Below are positions 1 to 9,500 of a stretch of 64,000 nt of DNA, piece by piece; position 1 is the stretch's first letter; each line of letters opens with the position of its first letter. Under the pieces are notes generated by a model. It saw only the letters and a program-made list of their open reading frames with translations. It had not been told where the DNA came from and searched no databases. Position numbers and translations under genes: made by a program. The DNA comes from Bacillota bacterium (GTDB taxonomy: Bacteria > Bacillota > Limnochordia > DTU087): contig JAAYSL010000084.1 in the NCBI GenBank assembly GCA_012518315.1, positions 20,336 through 84,335 of the forward strand, given 5' to 3'.

Positions 1-148
1 AAAGGCGGGTGAACATCCGCACTATGAAGGTAGATACAACCTCTGGTGGGGAATGCTATGTAGAAATGAGGGTAGAGACTCCCTACGGCATACGGCTGGA
101 AGACCTGATGGAGGAGCTATCAAGCCTGCCCGACGTCAAAGAGATCAA

Positions 149-931
149 ATGGCAGTAGGAGGCCAGTATGTGGACATTCTTGTGACCAATGATGATGGAA
201 TCAGATCCAAAGGGCTGATAGACCTAGTCAAGGCCCTTAGCATTGTCGGCAATGTGTACGTTGTAGCTCCGGATCGTGAACGCAGTGGAACAGGGCATGC
301 GGTGACTATGTACCGACCTCTGCGTGTAGCTGAGCAAAGTATACCGGGCGCAGTCGCCGGTTTTCAAGTAGATGGTACCCCCGCAGACTGCGTGAAGCTG
401 GGCCTGGGGGCTTTGCTGGATCACAGGCCGGATTTAGTGGTTTCTGGGGTCAATGCTGGCCCTAACCTGGGAACTGATGTGCTTTATTCAGGCACCGTTT
501 CAGCAGCGGTGGAAGCACTTATTATGGGGATCCCGGCTTTGGCCGTATCCATAGCTGATTATTCCGCCGAGTGGCTAGGACTTGATGCTGCAGTGGCTTT
601 GGCAGGACGCACCGCCCAGGACGTCCAAGAGAGAGGATTGCCGGAGGATACGCTCTTAAACATCAATCTGCCTCGCCTGCCAGCAGCCCAGATCAAAGGG
701 ATTAGAATCACAAGAGTAGGCATACGTAGATACCGAGACTTTGTGGAGAAAAGAACAGACCCATGGGGCAGAACATATTACTGGTTAACGGGTGAAGCTA
801 TTGATCTAGAAGATGGGGCAGATTCTGACACAAGTGCCGTCAGAGAAGGCTTTATCTCTGTTACGCCGGTTCGCTTTCAGCTCACCCACGAAACCTTTAG
901 AGATGAACTAGCCGAGTGGTATTGGAAGTAA
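149..931 (+). CDS. surE: 5'/3'-nucleotidase SurE (stationary-phase survival protein)
   Basis: ORF 53-931 carries SurE hallmarks (DILVTNDDGIRSKG, VYVVAPDRERSGTGHA). The likely true start is ATG 149 or GTG 170, just after an AGGAGG. Confidence 0.85.
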   Translation: MAVGGQYVDILVTNDDGIRSKGLIDLVKALSIVGNVYVVAPDRERSGTGHAVTMYRPLRVAEQSIPGAVAGFQVDGTPADCVKLGLGALLDHRPDLVVSGVNAGPNLGTDVLYSGTVSAAVEALIMGIPALAVSIADYSAEWLGLDAAVALAGRTAQDVQERGLPEDTLLNINLPRLPAAQIKGIRITRVGIRRYRDFVEKRTDPWGRTYYWLTGEAIDLEDGADSDTSAVREGFISVTPVRFQLTHETFRDELAEWYWK

Positions 932-990
932 CCAAAACCAGTAGCTCCCTCTTTGGTCATCGCATATGTTACCATAGGGGGATCTCTATC

Positions 991-1308
991 ATGGGCTTGA
1001 GTTCAGTCATGCTGCATGTGGCGTTAGTCAGTGGAACTGTAGCTTTTTGCGGCCTAATTATTTGTCTTTGTAGCTGGTCCTGCTTATCATCACAGGGCCC
1101 GGAGACAAGGATGCCTTGCGAAGACCCGCGAGAGATAGGCCCTGGCCCAAATAGCAGCAACCTACAGCCATTTAAAGCTGGTGTAAGAGAAGGCCGATGG
1201 TCAGAGTCACTGATGGCGATAGTTGTGGCAGCTCTTTGGGTATTTTACTGCTCAGTGATGTTACTGGTGGCTACTTGGATAGCACACATTGTGTTTCCTA
1301 GGGTCTAG
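991..1308 (+). CDS. hypothetical small membrane protein
   Basis: Part of ORF 916-1308; internal ATG 991 is preceded by AGGGGGA. Two hydrophobic segments and no recognisable domain. Weak call. Confidence 0.3.
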   Translation: MGLSSVMLHVALVSGTVAFCGLIICLCSWSCLSSQGPETRMPCEDPREIGPGPNSSNLQPFKAGVREGRWSESLMAIVVAALWVFYCSVMLLVATWIAHIVFPRV

Positions 1309-1318
1309 GAGGATAGGT

Positions 1319-1990
1319 ATGGGTGGACTAGGTCAGATAGTGGTGTGGGAAAAAGTAACCCTAGTGTTCTTGATGCTGACCCTGCTATTTGGCTCGGCTA
1401 GTGTCGTTTGGCCTAACAACAGCTACGCCCAAGATCAACCTCCATCCAGGATGGTCAATATCAATTGGCGAAAAGTAATTGAAGAAAACACTCGGTTAGA
1501 TACTTTGGAAAGCCGATTGCTGCGAGGCATTGCTTCGGCTAACTTAGGGCAGCTACCAATCGCCCTAAAAGAGTTGGAGATCGCTGGAGAAGCAACCTAC
1601 AGTGATCAGGTTGCCGAATTTGTTCTGGACAAGCTGCGCCGGTTGCGGCGATCTCCGAATGACCTTTTACTGCTTAATTGTGCTGCTTTCGGTTCCTATG
1701 CTTTTGGTGATCTAGAACAATCTACCATGTATTTCGAAGATATTATTCGGCTGGATCCCAATAGTGTCTGGGCTCGCAACTTCTGTGCCATCGTTTACGG
1801 CCAGACTGGTGAGCTAGATCGAGCTTTATACCACCTGGAGCATTCTCTCAAACTAGACACGGAGAATCAATACACACATCTGCTCCTGAGTGCAGTCTAT
1901 AAGGAAAAGCAGAAGTTTCTACTGGCTATTTACCATTATATGCAAGCCCCACAGGCTGTTAGTGAACTAAAGCGATACGGTATCTTTTGA
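1319..1990 (+). CDS. secreted TPR-repeat protein
   Basis: ATG 1319 follows AGGAGGATAGG. N-terminal signal peptide ending ...SYAQD, and TPR-like helical repeats (ALYHLEHSLKLD etc). Confidence 0.6.
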   Translation: MGGLGQIVVWEKVTLVFLMLTLLFGSASVVWPNNSYAQDQPPSRMVNINWRKVIEENTRLDTLESRLLRGIASANLGQLPIALKELEIAGEATYSDQVAEFVLDKLRRLRRSPNDLLLLNCAAFGSYAFGDLEQSTMYFEDIIRLDPNSVWARNFCAIVYGQTGELDRALYHLEHSLKLDTENQYTHLLLSAVYKEKQKFLLAIYHYMQAPQAVSELKRYGIF

Positions 1991-2058
1991 CCTTAGGGGT
2001 TATCTCATCTAAATGATCACCCGAGGCGATGCTTACGAAAAACCCAAAGGAGTAAGGC

Positions 2059-2253
2059 ATGAAGGACAATTGGGCAGATACCCTTGTTGTGTTGGGGCGG
2101 ACCGAGCTTGAACTAGAGGGAGAATATCCCCGTCTGGTGACTTTCCTGAATAAGACACTTAAGGACAAGGATCTTATCTTTGGCATCAGCCGTGGCGCCA
2201 ATGGTCGTCTCTGTTTGACTATCTATGAAGTGCGGCCCAGGCTAAGTGGGTAG
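2059..2253 (+). CDS. hypothetical small protein (64 aa)
   Basis: Strong RBS AAAGGAG 8 nt upstream of ATG. No recognisable domain. Confidence 0.5.
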   Translation: MKDNWADTLVVLGRTELELEGEYPRLVTFLNKTLKDKDLIFGISRGANGRLCLTIYEVRPRLSG

Positions 2254-2515
2254 CTAGAATGTGACTGTCACACAGCATTGGGCCTTTAGCTGTGTTCAAA
2301 TGCCTGGAGTACATATTCAAGATGCTAGTGACTAATCCTATGATTGGTTACTTTTTGTTGCTCTGGAGGCATAGGCTATAGTAGGTTGACTGTGGCTAGA
2401 GCACCATTGCTTGGTTTTCTTGAGGCCGTGGAGGATTTGCTAAACCTGTGAAGAGGATTTGAGCTAGAGAGGTAGAAGTAGTTAACAAGTGATGGTTATT
2501 AGGGGGGGATGCGCT

Positions 2516-2929
2516 ATGATACAGGTGGCCAAAGATGATGTCCTCAAGGGGTTGAAGAAGTTCAGGCGCCTCGCCAAACAGGATCTTCTGGCAAGCAGCT
2601 TGACCTCCAACCCCGACTTTTGGAGAGTACAGGCGGAGACCCGGCGACAAAAGTATAGTGACCTGATGGAGCTTGTGGATGAAAGAGGGGTAGATTTGGC
2701 ATATGAACTCGCTGTGGCGGAGTATGCTAAACTACCTCTTTTTGATTCTGGCGAGGCCATTGCCCCTGAGGCGAAGGGACTAGAACAGGCTTTGGAGATG
2801 TTCTTTACATTACTGGGTGTCGGCCCAGCGGAGATGCTTGACTTCCGCTCGTCAGGTGACCAAAGACCCCAGAATGGATTAAGCAATGCTCCTAATCATT
2901 GGGAGACAGGTCAGACTATGGAGGTCTAG
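2516..2929 (+). CDS. hypothetical protein
   Basis: ORF 2489-2929; ATG 2516 is preceded by AGGGGGGG. No recognisable domain. Confidence 0.5.
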   Translation: MIQVAKDDVLKGLKKFRRLAKQDLLASSLTSNPDFWRVQAETRRQKYSDLMELVDERGVDLAYELAVAEYAKLPLFDSGEAIAPEAKGLEQALEMFFTLLGVGPAEMLDFRSSGDQRPQNGLSNAPNHWETGQTMEV

Positions 2930-3270
2930 GATTGGGTTTTCTGGCGAGGTTATTCAATAAGCTTAAGGGTCCTAGCTCTTCTCCCGCGGAACAGAGTATT
3001 CACGTCACTAAAGATGCAGTCTGGGTCTATCTGAAGTGTGATCGGTGTGGGGAAAAGCTGGCACTACGTCTACGGAAATCATCGGAGATACAACGAGAAG
3101 AAGCGGGTAAGCAAGACTACCAGATGTTCATTAACAAGACCGTAATTGGGAATGAGTGTTTCAACCGCATGCAGCTGCGTCTGGAGTTTGATGGGATGTA
3201 CCGAGTAGTGAACAAGTGGCTGCAAAATGGTGCCTTCATTAGCAAGAATGAGTACGAGAGCGGCGCCTAG
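2899..3270 (+). CDS. hypothetical Cys-containing protein (CxxC)
   Basis: ORF overlapping the end of the previous one, with a TTG start at 2899 or 2932 after GGAGG. Contains CDRCGEK and a later Cys. Possibly translationally coupled to the preceding ORF. Confidence 0.45.
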   Translation: MGDRSDYGGLGLGFLARLFNKLKGPSSSPAEQSIHVTKDAVWVYLKCDRCGEKLALRLRKSSEIQREEAGKQDYQMFINKTVIGNECFNRMQLRLEFDGMYRVVNKWLQNGAFISKNEYESGA

Positions 3271-3399
3271 CAGATTGCCAACCGATAATGCAATCGATAG
3301 TAGATTGCTATCCATATGGGAGGGAGTAGGGGGCCGGTAGCCATCAGGCAGTGTGACTCCGGTCTACCCCCTTGCTTCCATACCCAAGGGTATCGCCTC

Positions 3400-4017
3400 T
3401 TAATGCAGTCTTCGCAAAACCCCGATGACCTTCCCTAAGATCTGTGCATTAGTAGTGATAATCGGCTCATATAGGGGGTTCTCCGGCTGTAGCCGGATAT
3501 GCTCCGGCTCTCTAAAAAACCGCTTAACAGTGGCTTCATCCTCTAGAAGCACTACAACTATGTCCCCGTTAATGGCATCTGGTTGCTGGCGGACCACGAC
3601 GTAATCACCATCAAGAATTCCTGCCTCAATCATGCTATCCCCCTGGATGCGCAACATGAAAGTGGCCTCGTCAGAAGCAAAATCCCGGGGTAGAGGAAAA
3701 TAGTCCTCAACATTTTCTACCGCTAGGATAGGCTGTCCCGCTGTAACATTACCCACCACTGGTACAGCAATGAGGTCTTTCATGATCTGGCTTTCGGCCA
3801 ACTCATCGTCAAGAACCTCGATAGCTCTGGGCTTAGTGGGATCCCGTCGGATATATCCCTTGCTCTCCAAACGTCTCAAATGCCCATGTACGGTTGAGCT
3901 ACTACGCAACCCAACAGCATCACCAATCTCCCGGACAGAGGGTGGGTACCCCTTCTCCCTAACTTGTTGTTTAATGAACCCCAGTATTTGACTTTGTCGT
4001 TCCGTGAGCTCTTGCAT
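3400..4017 (-). CDS. lexA: LexA repressor (SOS regulator, S24 peptidase)
   Basis: N-terminal wHTH ([29 protein letters not shown]) and C-terminal S24 autopeptidase (GDSMIEAGI..., VKRF). Cheo-type boxes lie upstream. Confidence 0.92.
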   Translation of the reverse strand: MQELTERQSQILGFIKQQVREKGYPPSVREIGDAVGLRSSSTVHGHLRRLESKGYIRRDPTKPRAIEVLDDELAESQIMKDLIAVPVVGNVTAGQPILAVENVEDYFPLPRDFASDEATFMLRIQGDSMIEAGILDGDYVVVRQQPDAINGDIVVVLLEDEATVKRFFREPEHIRLQPENPLYEPIITTNAQILGKVIGVLRRLH

Positions 4018-4101
4018 AGGTGGCTCCCTCCCGAAGCTCTAACTTAGCATACACGTTTCAAACATACCGCTTCTATTATAGCACGGCAACAGCCTTATTG
4101 C

Positions 4102-4114
4102 AAACGTTCGTTCG
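4102..4114. promoter_or_regulatory. LexA (Cheo-type) box candidate, lexA-proximal
   Basis: AAACGTTCGTTCG; the reverse complement CGAACGAACGTTT fits CGAAC-N4-GTTCG with one mismatch. Confidence 0.5.
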
Positions 4115-4275
4115 CAGTGATATATAGTCTTTGTCGAGCTTGCCATCGGTGTTGGAGACTGAGGATTGTCGGGAGGAGGCATCGCGTCAGTCTCGCTTCG
4201 AGGTATGACAACGTATACGAAAGCATTTTCATGACACACAAACGACGACATTCACGGATTCGCAGCTTGTAGCAC

Positions 4276-4289
4276 CGAACGCATATTCC
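4276..4289. promoter_or_regulatory. LexA (Cheo-type) box candidate
   Basis: CGAACGCATATTCC versus consensus CGAACNNNNGTTCG, one mismatch. Confidence 0.55.
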
Positions 4290-4308
4290 AAAATTCCATA
4301 GATCACCC

Positions 4309-4337
4309 TTGACGGAAACAACTGTTCGTGGTAAAAT
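4309..4337 (+). promoter_or_regulatory. sigma-A-like promoter of the yneA-like gene (TTGACG-17-TAAAAT) with a LexA box in the spacer
   Basis: -35 TTGACG at 4309-4314 and -10 TAAAAT at 4332-4337 with a 17-nt spacer. The spacer contains GAAACAACTGTTCG (Cheo-like, 4314-4327). Confidence 0.55.
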
Positions 4338-4364
4338 CAAACCAGGCATACATCTGTTCGCAGC

Positions 4365-4376
4365 GGACAACTGTTC
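4365..4376. promoter_or_regulatory. LexA (Cheo-type) box candidate
   Basis: GGACAACTGTTC versus GAAC-N4-GTTC, one mismatch. Lies between the promoter and the RBS of the yneA-like gene. Confidence 0.45.
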
Positions 4377-4392
4377 TTGGGAGGGCTAAGAC

Positions 4393-4767
4393 ATGATGGA
4401 AAGGAATCGTGCTCAGACACGCTGTAGGAAGACAATCACGCTGTCACAGGAAAACCCGTCTCATTGCGGCACTGTACGTCAAAGCCGACAAACCCGCGGC
4501 ATTGGCTACATTCGCCTTAAGCAATTGCTGGTCCTAGTGATTATATTACTCGTAGCGACACCGATCTTTGCAGCCATGATATCCAATAATGTGCCGGAGC
4601 CAAATTACGAGACCGTGGTTGTAAGTCAAGGAGATACGCTATGGACCATTGCCAAGAGAGTCAAACCAAGAACCGATCCCAGGAAAACCATCTACGAGAT
4701 TAGGCAGCATAATGAGCTGAAATCGGTAGATCTAAGGCCTGGCCAGACTTTGTTCATACCGATCTAG
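4393..4767 (+). CDS. yneA: SOS-induced cell-division inhibitor, YneA-like (TM plus C-terminal LysM)
   Basis: Divergent from lexA and preceded by LexA boxes. Single TM (LLVLVIILLVATPIFAAMI) and LysM motif (VVVSQGDTLWTIAKRV...PGQTLFIP). RBS GGGAGGG. Confidence 0.7.
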   Translation: MMERNRAQTRCRKTITLSQENPSHCGTVRQSRQTRGIGYIRLKQLLVLVIILLVATPIFAAMISNNVPEPNYETVVVSQGDTLWTIAKRVKPRTDPRKTIYEIRQHNELKSVDLRPGQTLFIPI

Positions 4768-4803
4768 TCTAGGACTTGGGTATAGGCTATAAGGTGATGC
4801 AAC

Positions 4804-4926
4804 CAGATGATTTCTAAGTGAGCTGGAAGCAGTGCTGGAGGCTAGTGGCCAATGATTAGAGGCTATCGGCCGTTTCCAATTGCCTTTTAGATGGTTTTAC
4901 AGTCCATCTGGAGGCTATCAGACCCG
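4804..4926 (+). repeat. Degenerate direct copy A of an about 110-bp segment of the xer N-terminal coding region
   Basis: Roughly 88% identical to 5405-5514, with a 6-bp indel and several substitutions. An in-frame stop shows it is non-coding. Confidence 0.8.
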
Positions 4927-5003
4927 GGACGATAGATAGAAAGTCATTCATGCATTGTCATGGCGGCCAGGTGTGGCGAAAATGGTCGGATGACGAGCAC
5001 GCC

Positions 5004-5031
5004 ACTTCGCATAATATATCTTCTGCGAAGT
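5004..5031. other. dif-like tyrosine-recombinase core site (11-bp inverted arms around a 6-bp AT-rich centre)
   Basis: ACTTCGCATAA-TATATC-TTCTGCGAAGT sits inside an 11-bp perfect-stem palindrome (5001-5034). It matches 19/28 positions of the Bacillus dif site as I recall it (ACTTCCTAGAATATATATTATGTAAACT). It lies 200 bp upstream of the xer gene. Confidence 0.5.
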
Positions 5032-5228
5032 GGCCTTGGAGTCACAGAGGTGAAGACTTTAAAAAGCCAAGGTTCGCCTATAGATAATAAATGTGAATGA
5101 ATCAGTCGGCTGCTCCAGAGATACTCCCCCTGCTGCCTCCTTCCTTGCTCTTCCCCCAGGTTTACAGGAAATGCTTATTGGCTGCTGGAATAGATACATA
5201 GAACCATACGTTATCGGAGGTATCACTT

Positions 5229-6269
5229 GTGCTGGACTTTGACTTACAGGTAGAAAGATTCATTGCCGCTCTAGGCATTAATAAGAGCTTGAATACCGCA
5301 AAAGCCTATAGATCTGACCTAAGACTTCTTAAGTTACATCTAGTCTTAGCCCGGTGTCCTTGTGTTATCCCGCCCCGAAGCAAAAGCGCTTACAGTGAGC
5401 TGGAAGCAGCGCTGGAGGCTAATGATCAGAAGCTATCGGCCGTCTCTAATCGCCTTTTAGATGGTTTTACAGTCAATCTGGAGGCCATCAGACCCGATGA
5501 TTTGGTGGGATATTTTCTCTTCCTGAAAGAGACCCAAGGCTATGCCCAGACCACGATCAACCGCAAGATCGTGGCTGTGAGACGTTTTTTCAAGTATCTT
5601 TTCCAACACGAACTGCTACCGGATCCTTCTCTGATCTATGATCTGGAAACCAAGACTATCCATCGTAATGAAGCACCTTTACATCTAACTGCCGAGGAGG
5701 CTTTTCACTTTCTCGATACCGTGCGGCGTCATGGATCTGAACGAGACTATGCCATGTTTCTCATCATGCTTAGTATGGGGCTCCGAATTGGCGAGGTTGT
5801 ACAGATGAATGTCGACGATATTGGGCGAGACACTCGGTTCTACCGAGTCACCGGCGGCAAAGGCGGTAAGAATCGGCCTGTACCGGTTCCCGGGGCTGTA
5901 CGAGAAGCCGTAGCAAGTTATAAGCGAGTTCGGCCTAGAGATAAAGCTAAGGGTCAGCACCGCCTGGCTTTGTTTCTCGGCAACAGATATACCAGGATTA
6001 CACCTAGGGCTGTTCAACAGAAACTAAAGGAATATGTGGAGCTAACTCAGCTACCGGAAAGCAAAAAGCTGATGCTCACGCCCCATAAGCTACGACACAC
6101 CTTCGCCACGGCTCTTTATCTAAACGGTGAGGATTTGCGAACCCTGATGCGGCTTTTGGGCCATGAGAACATCGCCACGACCACGATTTATACACATGTA
6201 GATGCTGAGAAATTGATCGCTTCTCTGGACAAAAATCCTTTTGCGAAGGTAGGACAAGAAGAGCACTGA
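5229..6269 (+). CDS. tyrosine site-specific recombinase, XerC/XerD family
   Basis: C-terminal catalytic signature HKLRHTFATALYLNGEDLRTLMRLLGHENIATTTIYTHV and an N-terminal SAM-like domain (NTAKAYRSDL). GTG start after GGAGG. Carries an about 50-aa insertion in the N-terminal domain. Confidence 0.85.
   Translation: MLDFDLQVERFIAALGINKSLNTAKAYRSDLRLLKLHLVLARCPCVIPPRSKSAYSELEAALEANDQKLSAVSNRLLDGFTVNLEAIRPDDLVGYFLFLKETQGYAQTTINRKIVAVRRFFKYLFQHELLPDPSLIYDLETKTIHRNEAPLHLTAEEAFHFLDTVRRHGSERDYAMFLIMLSMGLRIGEVVQMNVDDIGRDTRFYRVTGGKGGKNRPVPVPGAVREAVASYKRVRPRDKAKGQHRLALFLGNRYTRITPRAVQQKLKEYVELTQLPESKKLMLTPHKLRHTFATALYLNGEDLRTLMRLLGHENIATTTIYTHVDAEKLIASLDKNPFAKVGQEEH
5405..5514 (+). repeat. Copy B (in-gene original) of the 110-bp segment duplicated at 4804-4926
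   Basis: Seen by direct sequence comparison. Encodes ...SELEAALEANDQKLSAVSNRLLDGFTVNLEAIRPDD within Xer. Confidence 0.8.
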
Positions 6270-6515
6270 GAGAAGCGCAAAAATCTGCCAAAAACAAGAC
6301 AACCTAGCGTCACTCCCTGTGACCATTCCCCTGCAAGTTACACATTCTTACGGGTTAGGGCCTACTAGGAAGTGACGCTACGTGGATGAGAAGTGATTAC
6401 CTATTTGGCTACCTAATGAGGTATAAGGTCTGGGACATGTGAGGAGTACTTAGTCTTGAGCCCCTAGTCCTCATAGTTCATCTCTATGTTCATCCCTATA
6501 GTTGAGATAGTTTGC

Positions 6516-9500
6516 TCATACCTGCTTTCCAGATAAAACCTCTATTCTAGCCGACGCCAAGCCGGAAGGAAGCGTTTTCCCTTCTAGCGTATTTGCGGAG
6601 GTGTTGGTAACTGCCAGAGTAACTGTATTACTGCTATCATGACATAGGTCCGAAACGTCAAACACATATGGCGCCCACAGGCGACAACCTGCTTCTTCCC
6701 CATTGACCCAAGCTTCCACCACTCCATCGTGGCCATCAGCTGTCAGCATGAGCCGTTTACCTTTCCAACTCCCGGGCAGATCAAAGGTCGTGCTATAGGT
6801 GCCCGTGCCAGAGTAAAAGGGGTAGCCGGAATCTGTCCAAGAACCCACGCCTAGCTTGGTTCTAGGAGCACCTAAACTGTAAGTGGCAGTCCCCGATTCC
6901 GTATTCGGTGAGGAGTCAGCCATACAGACACTAAAATCCCCCACCACCTTTAGCTTATCGACAATACCTCCCCATTCAGAGTCAACCTCTATTTTGACCG
7001 CCAGTTGATTCACTCCCTGGCGGACATATGCCTCCAATGGTACGGCAAGGATGTCACAATCCAAAGACGAAGCCTTGAGATTATCGCTGCTTACTAGGCT
7101 GCCATTGACATAGAGCTGGTATTTGCCCAGAAAACCATCGATAAGCATCTGGAGTCTATTGGGCAGATGCTGTAAATCTATCTTAGTGCGGTACCACAGA
7201 GTAGTTGGTGTAGGTACATCGCCTACATAGCTCCGGACGACTCTCATCCAGGGACCGTTGGTGGCCCAAACCCACTCCGTATCATCGAACTCCGGCAGAT
7301 GATATCCCTTGGATAAACCTTCTCCCTTAGGATCAATTCCTAGCCGCCAACTATCGATGAGCAACACATTATCTCCGCTCAGGGTGAAGTCCCATTCGCC
7401 CTTCAGATCGATGGGTGTCAAAACGTCGTTTGGCTTCGAGAATTCTGAGGACTCAATCTCCAGCTCCGGTTGTCCTGGTCTCACCATAAGAAAGATTGCC
7501 TGATGGGGCCACATATCTAGTTTAACCGTCATTTCGCTGGTGTCCAGGGCACTAACCACCCCATTCGCCGTCTCACCGGTTTCGGGGTTCCAGAGCTCCG
7601 GATGTCCAATCTTGCTTAGGGTGACCTGGATTGTTTTGTTATTGGCAGTAGTATTGACCAAAAAGTACAGGTCTAGATCGTCAGCTTGCCTGTGCAGGCA
7701 GAAAATATCCTGATCATCAATGTGCACTCTCCGATCGACTGCTGCGTCGAGCCCTTGAGCAAGCAGCTCTTCGGGATGGCTTTTACTAAGCCCGCCTGGG
7801 CTCTGCAAGAAACCCACATAGCCGCCTCCGGGGTGCGTTCCGGCATGCAATATAGCTCGATTGGCGCAGTCTTTTGAATCCCCCACTACTCCCGCCCCTT
7901 GGCTAATGACGGCAGCTGGACTTGCCTGTCCTAAATCAACGTTAAAGGTTTCTCGGACAAAATCCAGTACCTTAGGGTCACTAGCTACCACATCCGAATC
8001 CTCTGGTAGCATTGTGCAGGCTAGAAGACTGCCTCCCTCATCGAGAAACTCCTGCAGCTTATTTACTGTGTCCCTCTTTAGCATGCTCGTAGCAGGTAGG
8101 ATCAGAAGCGAATAACGATTTTGTCCTATAGACATAGCTCCATTTTCTACTATTGTCTCACTGATGGTGTCTTCGTCTATGTAATCAAAACCATAGTGGA
8201 GACGTAGTAGGGCATCAGTGAGATACGCTAGGTCAGATTCAATGATATCTGCCAAGGGGGTGCGTACCTGGGAAGTGTAGTTTTGCCAGTAGCTTCTTAC
8301 GGGATATAAAATCGCCATATCGGCCACAGGTCTACCGGTACTAAGAAGATAGCTTAAGCGGGAAATGTATTCGCTAAACTGCCCATAGTACTTCCACCAG
8401 GACTGCTGGTAGAACTGACAAGGTGGCCAATCTCGCTTCCTGTCCCCTTCAATACTATAATGTCCACCATGGGGGTTAAAGAGATTTACACCAAGGACGT
8501 ATTCCCAATCAGCCATGGTTTTCATATCCAGCATGGTGGTTGCCCACCCAAAACCACCGATGGATTCACACAGTACTCGTTTACTACCCACCTGGTGAGC
8601 AACAGAACTGGCTGCTTTGAGGGCTACATGCAGATCGGGCCTTTCCCTTGATCCCTTGGGGGAGAAAATATGGTCTACACCGACGATATCAAAGTGTTTG
8701 AGGTGGGTCATGACATTGCCTTCAGTGCGGGTTGCCAAATGGAACCATTCTTCAAACAGAAGATGACCTGTGAAAAGCAGATCATGATCATGACACCATT
8801 GCCTAACCCTCTCATAGAACACTGTGGACAGACGCTCTGTGAGCGTATTCCAGAAATCATATCTTACTATTCTTGAGTTGGTATCGACATCGTAGAACAG
8901 TGAGGCTAACCGTGACAAGAGATCATAGCCATTCTCAGTCTGAAAGAGCTCTCTCATCCCTTCTGTCCAGGGAATAAAGCCATTTTCCGGGTTAATCTGG
9001 TAATAGTGCATGGCTGGCTCGTCAGTATAGAACCCAGGGATGACATCACCAAAGTACTCCCCTACCCGCTTCGCATAGTGCTCATGGGTATATTCTATGA
9101 ACTTATCGACAGCCTTGGGGTTTAAAGCATCTATATACCATGGAGTCTGCTTCTCGATGAAGTGTAGTACTGCCCATTCACCCTCGGGAACCTCCCAAGC
9201 CATGATCATCGAGTCAAAGGAAATATATTGATTGAGATTAATCGCTCGGCTCCAGTTTTTCCTCCCGCTTTCAAGTGGTACTGCCCAGGCAGCAATAATC
9301 CTCCCACCATCAGTATCTAGATACCGAGCATCAGTTGTCTTGAGAAAGCTATAACGGGAGCCTATCTGATGGGTCTCGACTAGCTGTAAAAGTCGCTGGG
9401 TAAGCTCAGGGTGATCCTCACATACCTTAAGCCCAGCGGTCCCGCTAGGCCAATTATACTCATCGTAGATCCATAGCCTCATTCCGATTTTCTTAGCTTC

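Noticed and set aside
4039-4370. ORFs 4039-4251(-) and 4095-4370(-) in the lexA-yneA intergenic region
   Set aside because: They lie over the promoter and LexA operator cluster, have no RBS, and show low-complexity or odd composition. Most likely spurious.
7309-8876. Several 60-85-aa plus-strand ORFs inside the 3.2-kb glycosidase gene
   Set aside because: All are antisense and nested within a long uninterrupted ORF with conserved glycosidase motifs.
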